Origin: Gammaproteobacteria bacterium
GTDB taxonomy: Bacteria; Pseudomonadota; Gammaproteobacteria; Pseudomonadales; JAHFSE01
Assembly (NCBI GenBank): GCA_023265895.1
Contig: JAHFSE010000011.1
Span: 1-40,927, forward strand
Reading direction: 5' to 3'
Length of the DNA stretch: 40,927 nt
Made by a program: the position numbers and the translations under genes. Shown here one piece after another: positions 37,268 to 40,927 of the stretch (its first letter is position 1; the number at the start of each line of letters is the position of its first letter). The notes beneath the pieces are model-generated. The model did not search any database, had not been told where the DNA came from, and worked only from the letters and a program-made list of their open reading frames with translations.

Positions 37268-39628
37268 ATGATTGTGAGTGATCAGGCTGCTTCTATTATT
37301 CAGACCCACTACCGCAATTGCCACTTATGTGCAGCGAGTTGTGGTTTAAAAATTCAACTGCAACAAGGCCGCATTGTTTCTATCACGGGGAACGAACAAG
37401 ATCCTATCAGCCAAGGTGCTCATTGCGTTCACGCCACATTAATTGGCGATCAACAACAAGATCCCGATCGTATTGATCAGCCATTGCTCAAAACAGAACA
37501 AGGTTGGCAACCCCTAAGTTGGTCCGCAGCCTTTCACTGGATTCGCGCACACATTAAGCCCATCCAAAAAAAATACGGCCCCCATGCCATCGCCAGCGTT
37601 ACCGGTCATGCGCTGCAACAACATCCCGCTCATCAATTAGCGGGGCATATTTTTCAGAAAGCACTTAACAGCCGCAATCAATTTAATGCGCAAACCGAAA
37701 CACAGCGCGCTACCCGGCTGGCCCAATTAAAAATGTTTGGGCATCCAGAAATTCACTGGCGCCCCGATCTGAGTCATACACAGTTAGTGCTATGCCTAGG
37801 TCATAACTGGCTGAAGCGCAACTCGGAATCCACTGCACCATCACCCGCACAAAAAGATTTTGCGCAGCTGAAAGCACGCGGTGGACGCCTGATTGTGCTC
37901 GATCCACATCAGCATGAAACCGCAGCTTTAGCGGATCAACATTTCTTTATCAAACCCGGTACCGACGCGTTATTTTTATTGGCTATTCTCCACATTATGA
38001 TTCGTGAAAGCTGGGTCCCCTGGGAAAAAATTGAGCCCTATTGTTCAGGGTTAGACACGCTCAACAATATTGTGAGCCAATTTACACCAACCAAGGTCGC
38101 TGCTATCACCCAAATCGCTGAAGCTGATTTAATGGATATTGCTCGAGCACTGGCTCAAGCACCTAGCAGTGTTGTGTTAGCAGGATCTAGCCTCTACCAG
38201 CAGCAACAAGGCTGCTTGAACGCTTGGTTAATTCATACTCTGAACTTGTTAACGGGGCACAGCAATCAACCGGGCGGCATGTTACTCAATGATCTCAGCG
38301 CCCATGAATTGAATATTGCCCATTGGCTACAACCCAAGGCACATTTCGATGCCTGCCGTAGTCAAGTTCGACAGTTACCCGAATTGATGAATGACTTGCC
38401 ACTGAGCGTATTGGCAGAAGAAATAACCGCACCAAACCCCGATTCAATTCGGGCATTATTTTGTATTCAAAGCAATCCATTACTGACAGGCCCCGCTCGA
38501 ACGACATTGGAAGCTGCGCTACAACAACTGGATTGTTTTATTGCCATCGACACCCATTTTAATGAAACCAATCGCCACGCCCATTTAATTTTGCCTACTC
38601 ATACACCGCTAGAACACAGCCAATTCAGTGAGCCACAACAACGACCCGGATTACGACAACAACTGCAATCTGCACCTGCGCTGTTTACTGCACCCAAAAC
38701 CGTGCAACCTTTATGGCAAATTTTGTTGAAACTGAGCCATGAACTCAAACCGCGCCACTGGCCTCTATGGGCACAGCCCCAGCGCTTACTTAAATTTCTC
38801 CAGCAAAAAGGCCCAGATCAAATTGTCGATTTACTGCTCAACACCAGTTTCTACGGCAAACCTTGGCACTGGCTCATGCAAACACACCAAACCTTAGAAA
38901 AACTGCGCTGGTTTGGCTCCACTTATCAAAGGAGCTGCCAAAGTGCCCACAAATTACTGACGCACCTCCCGACAAAACCAACGTCACTATGGTCTCGCCT
39001 CCAACAACGCATGACTCATCAACCGCGATCCATCGCATTAGACAGTCAAAAGTTACGACAATATCCTCACGGATTATCTCTCACACCCTTAGCACCTAAC
39101 GCACTGCTACGTTTCCCAACGTCCGATCGAAAAATACAACTGGCACCTAGCACTTTAACTCGACAAGTACAAACGCTGATTGAACAATTGCAATTGCCTA
39201 TTATGATGGATTATCCCTACACCCTCATCAGTCGAGGTCACAGCGATAATCAGTGGGGATTAGCCTATCGTCATTTAATTGAAAATCCAGAGATCCATGC
39301 CTATGCTTGGATGAATCGAATCGATGGCCGTAAACATAAAGTGCAGTCTGGACAATTGATCTGTATTGCCACGCCCCACAAAAGCGTCCTAATCAAGGTG
39401 ATGTTAGTCGATACGCTGATGCCCGGCGTTGTTAGTTTACCCCAGGGTTGGGGTTATTCCATTTCATCCACAACATTAGAAACGAGAGATCTAGTATCGA
39501 TTGGCGTTTCACTCAACACATTCATGGATGCCTCACAAATAGATCCCCTCACTGGTTCCATTGCAATTACGGCACTACCTGCACAAATTAAAAAAGCATC
39601 TATCCGCCAACAACAAATTGTTTTTTAG
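37268..39628 (+). CDS. molybdopterin (bis-MGD) oxidoreductase family protein
   Basis: N-terminal 4Fe-4S motif C18-x2-C21-x3-C25-x27-C53 (NCHLCAASCG...GAHC). LIVLDPHQHETA...FIKPGTDALF MGD-binding region. C-terminal beta-barrel domain (YPYTLISRGH...LMPGVVSLPQGWG). SD AAGGA abuts ATG 37268, so GTG 37274 may be the true start. Confidence 0.8.
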   Translation: MIVSDQAASIIQTHYRNCHLCAASCGLKIQLQQGRIVSITGNEQDPISQGAHCVHATLIGDQQQDPDRIDQPLLKTEQGWQPLSWSAAFHWIRAHIKPIQKKYGPHAIASVTGHALQQHPAHQLAGHIFQKALNSRNQFNAQTETQRATRLAQLKMFGHPEIHWRPDLSHTQLVLCLGHNWLKRNSESTAPSPAQKDFAQLKARGGRLIVLDPHQHETAALADQHFFIKPGTDALFLLAILHIMIRESWVPWEKIEPYCSGLDTLNNIVSQFTPTKVAAITQIAEADLMDIARALAQAPSSVVLAGSSLYQQQQGCLNAWLIHTLNLLTGHSNQPGGMLLNDLSAHELNIAHWLQPKAHFDACRSQVRQLPELMNDLPLSVLAEEITAPNPDSIRALFCIQSNPLLTGPARTTLEAALQQLDCFIAIDTHFNETNRHAHLILPTHTPLEHSQFSEPQQRPGLRQQLQSAPALFTAPKTVQPLWQILLKLSHELKPRHWPLWAQPQRLLKFLQQKGPDQIVDLLLNTSFYGKPWHWLMQTHQTLEKLRWFGSTYQRSCQSAHKLLTHLPTKPTSLWSRLQQRMTHQPRSIALDSQKLRQYPHGLSLTPLAPNALLRFPTSDRKIQLAPSTLTRQVQTLIEQLQLPIMMDYPYTLISRGHSDNQWGLAYRHLIENPEIHAYAWMNRIDGRKHKVQSGQLICIATPHKSVLIKVMLVDTLMPGVVSLPQGWGYSISSTTLETRDLVSIGVSLNTFMDASQIDPLTGSIAITALPAQIKKASIRQQQIVF

Positions 39629-39793
39629 AACATAAAAAATTACTTGAACAATAAGTCGAATTTTTAAACAAATTTGTCAATTTTTATTCGGTCAGGTAGG
39701 ATCTCTGCGATTTTCTACGAAATCTCTTATCTATAAAATTTTCCACCTGCAATCACATCATAGATCTGCTGTTTTTGATCTATTGAGGTATTT

Positions 39794-40927
39794 ATGTTTT
39801 ATATGCCGTGCCGAGATGGCTGGGGTAGATCACACCAAGATCCATACCAAATCTATAACCCCGTGAATCATTATTTATATCCAGCTTGGGCTGCAGACTA
39901 TTGGCATCCAGGAAATGCACCACATCCCGCAGAGCTAACAGCGCAATTGATGAGGACGCCTTATAGTGACTACTCATACCATCTACCGAATATTCAACCC
40001 ATCCCAATCATGCAAGCAACTGTTTATCCTCCGCCACCCGTTAAACCAACAACACATATGGCTAGCGTCAGCACCGCTGAAACGCCAATCCCCAAAGCAC
40101 CGATCAAAAATGACATCGATGATTTTTTTGCCCAACCTCAAATACTACCCATGAATTTATCGATACCAGAATCCTCTTTAAATTTAGAGGAATCCTTATT
40201 AGTACGCTGCGGCATTATCAAACTCCCAATTCCTGCTGAAGCAGCAGAGCCTATTGAAGAAATAAAAATAGAGACACCCGCAGTTCAAATATTACCTTTA
40301 GCAGAAACTCAATCAACCCTTGCTACAGATATCCTAGCTAACACAACCAGTGAACAGACGCTTTCATTACTCGAAGCCAAATCTGAACCTGAAACCGTCA
40401 AACCACCCCTCTTTGGTCAAACAGGCGAAATCGTTCAAATACAACTACCGGATACAACAGAAATTGCAGCAGCAGAATTATTGCAGAGAACACCACTGCC
40501 ACTGAATGGAGAACATACCTTACGTTTACCCGGCTTTGAACAACCAACGCTCACGGGTACTTTTGTCAATGGCATTTTAAATTCCGAAGACGTGCGGATT
40601 AAAACTTCAAAAACCCATCGTTATATTGGTGAAATTAGCATTCAGAATGGTGCAGTCACTCGTCATGGTCGAGGCAAACAAACATTGGGCCGAGATCATT
40701 TTGTTGAAGGTAATTTTATTCAAGATGCGATAGATACGACTCAAATAGCAACGCTCAGCTGTGATGGCCGATCTCACCAGTGCCTGCTCAATCCGAATTA
40801 TTCACCTCAAACTGAAATATCGATTGAAATAGAAGATCAAATTCATACAGGCATTTTCAATCATCACTTACAGTTAGATGGCAAAGGAAAAATTGAATAT
40901 CGCCATGGCGACAAAAAAACGATTGGT
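39794..40927 (+). CDS. hypothetical Pro/Tyr-rich protein with weak MORN-like repeats (3'-partial; absent from the supplied ORF track)
   Basis: I translated codon by codon. An in-frame TGA lies at 39776. SD GAGG 39785-39788 is 5 nt before ATG 39794. From there, 378 sense codons run to the last base of the window with no stop. Confidence 0.65.
   Translation, partial: MFYMPCRDGWGRSHQDPYQIYNPVNHYLYPAWAADYWHPGNAPHPAELTAQLMRTPYSDYSYHLPNIQPIPIMQATVYPPPPVKPTTHMASVSTAETPIPKAPIKNDIDDFFAQPQILPMNLSIPESSLNLEESLLVRCGIIKLPIPAEAAEPIEEIKIETPAVQILPLAETQSTLATDILANTTSEQTLSLLEAKSEPETVKPPLFGQTGEIVQIQLPDTTEIAAAELLQRTPLPLNGEHTLRLPGFEQPTLTGTFVNGILNSEDVRIKTSKTHRYIGEISIQNGAVTRHGRGKQTLGRDHFVEGNFIQDAIDTTQIATLSCDGRSHQCLLNPNYSPQTEISIEIEDQIHTGIFNHHLQLDGKGKIEYRHGDKKTIG

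Noticed and set aside
37667-37717. Apparent absence of a Cys/Sec/Ser molybdenum ligand at the expected position (region NSRNQFNAQTETQRATR)
   Set aside because: My by-eye alignment to formate-dehydrogenase-type sequences is too uncertain to assert a non-canonical ligand. It needs a profile alignment or a structure model.
39792-40154. Track ORFs 39792-40007 (-) and 39966-40154 (+)
   Set aside because: Both lie wholly within the 378-codon frame that starts at ATG 39794 with an SD and runs off the window. The long frame is the more parsimonious gene.
1-40927. Search for tRNA, rRNA, CRISPR arrays, IS elements, integrases and phage genes
   Set aside because: All intergenic gaps are at most ~212 bp, and none shows cloverleaf-like or repeat-spacer organisation. 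No transposase or integrase motif appears in any ORF. The only tandem repeat is the in-frame (TCGCAG)11.

Overview
AT-rich (about 40% GC judged by eye, not computed) gammaproteobacterial chromosomal segment. The Gln-rich proteins and gene content are reminiscent of Legionellales-type host-associated bacteria, which is inference only. Left to right: the tail of a Bat aerotolerance-type operon (batA partial, a batB-TPR fusion carrying an (SQ)11 microsatellite, batD), then ychJ. Next is a minus-strand translationally coupled trio (tandem SH3-like protein, VesB-like S1 protease with a C-terminal sorting tail, small secreted protein), preceded by a DUF1820 gene. Then a caa3-type cytochrome oxidase operon (coxB-cyt c fusion, coxA, ctaG, coxC) and an HSL-family esterase. 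Then a 2x cNMP-rhodanese protein followed by a 7TMR-DISM hybrid histidine kinase whose ATP-binding boxes look degenerate. Then two tandem Bor/Iss-type lipoproteins, recJ immediately preceded by a vapBC module, thrC-hom, and a 2421-aa tail-anchored coiled-coil giant. The locus I consider most unusual follows: a TatT-type TRAP transporter (lipoprotein, SBP, fused permease) co-directional with a private ACP and a FabF-like ketosynthase, divergent from a molybdopterin oxidoreductase. The window ends in a 378-codon open frame (39794 to window end) that is missing from the supplied ORF track. No rRNA, tRNA, CRISPR array, transposase or integrase was seen. All family calls rest on motifs read by eye from the translations; no database search was run.
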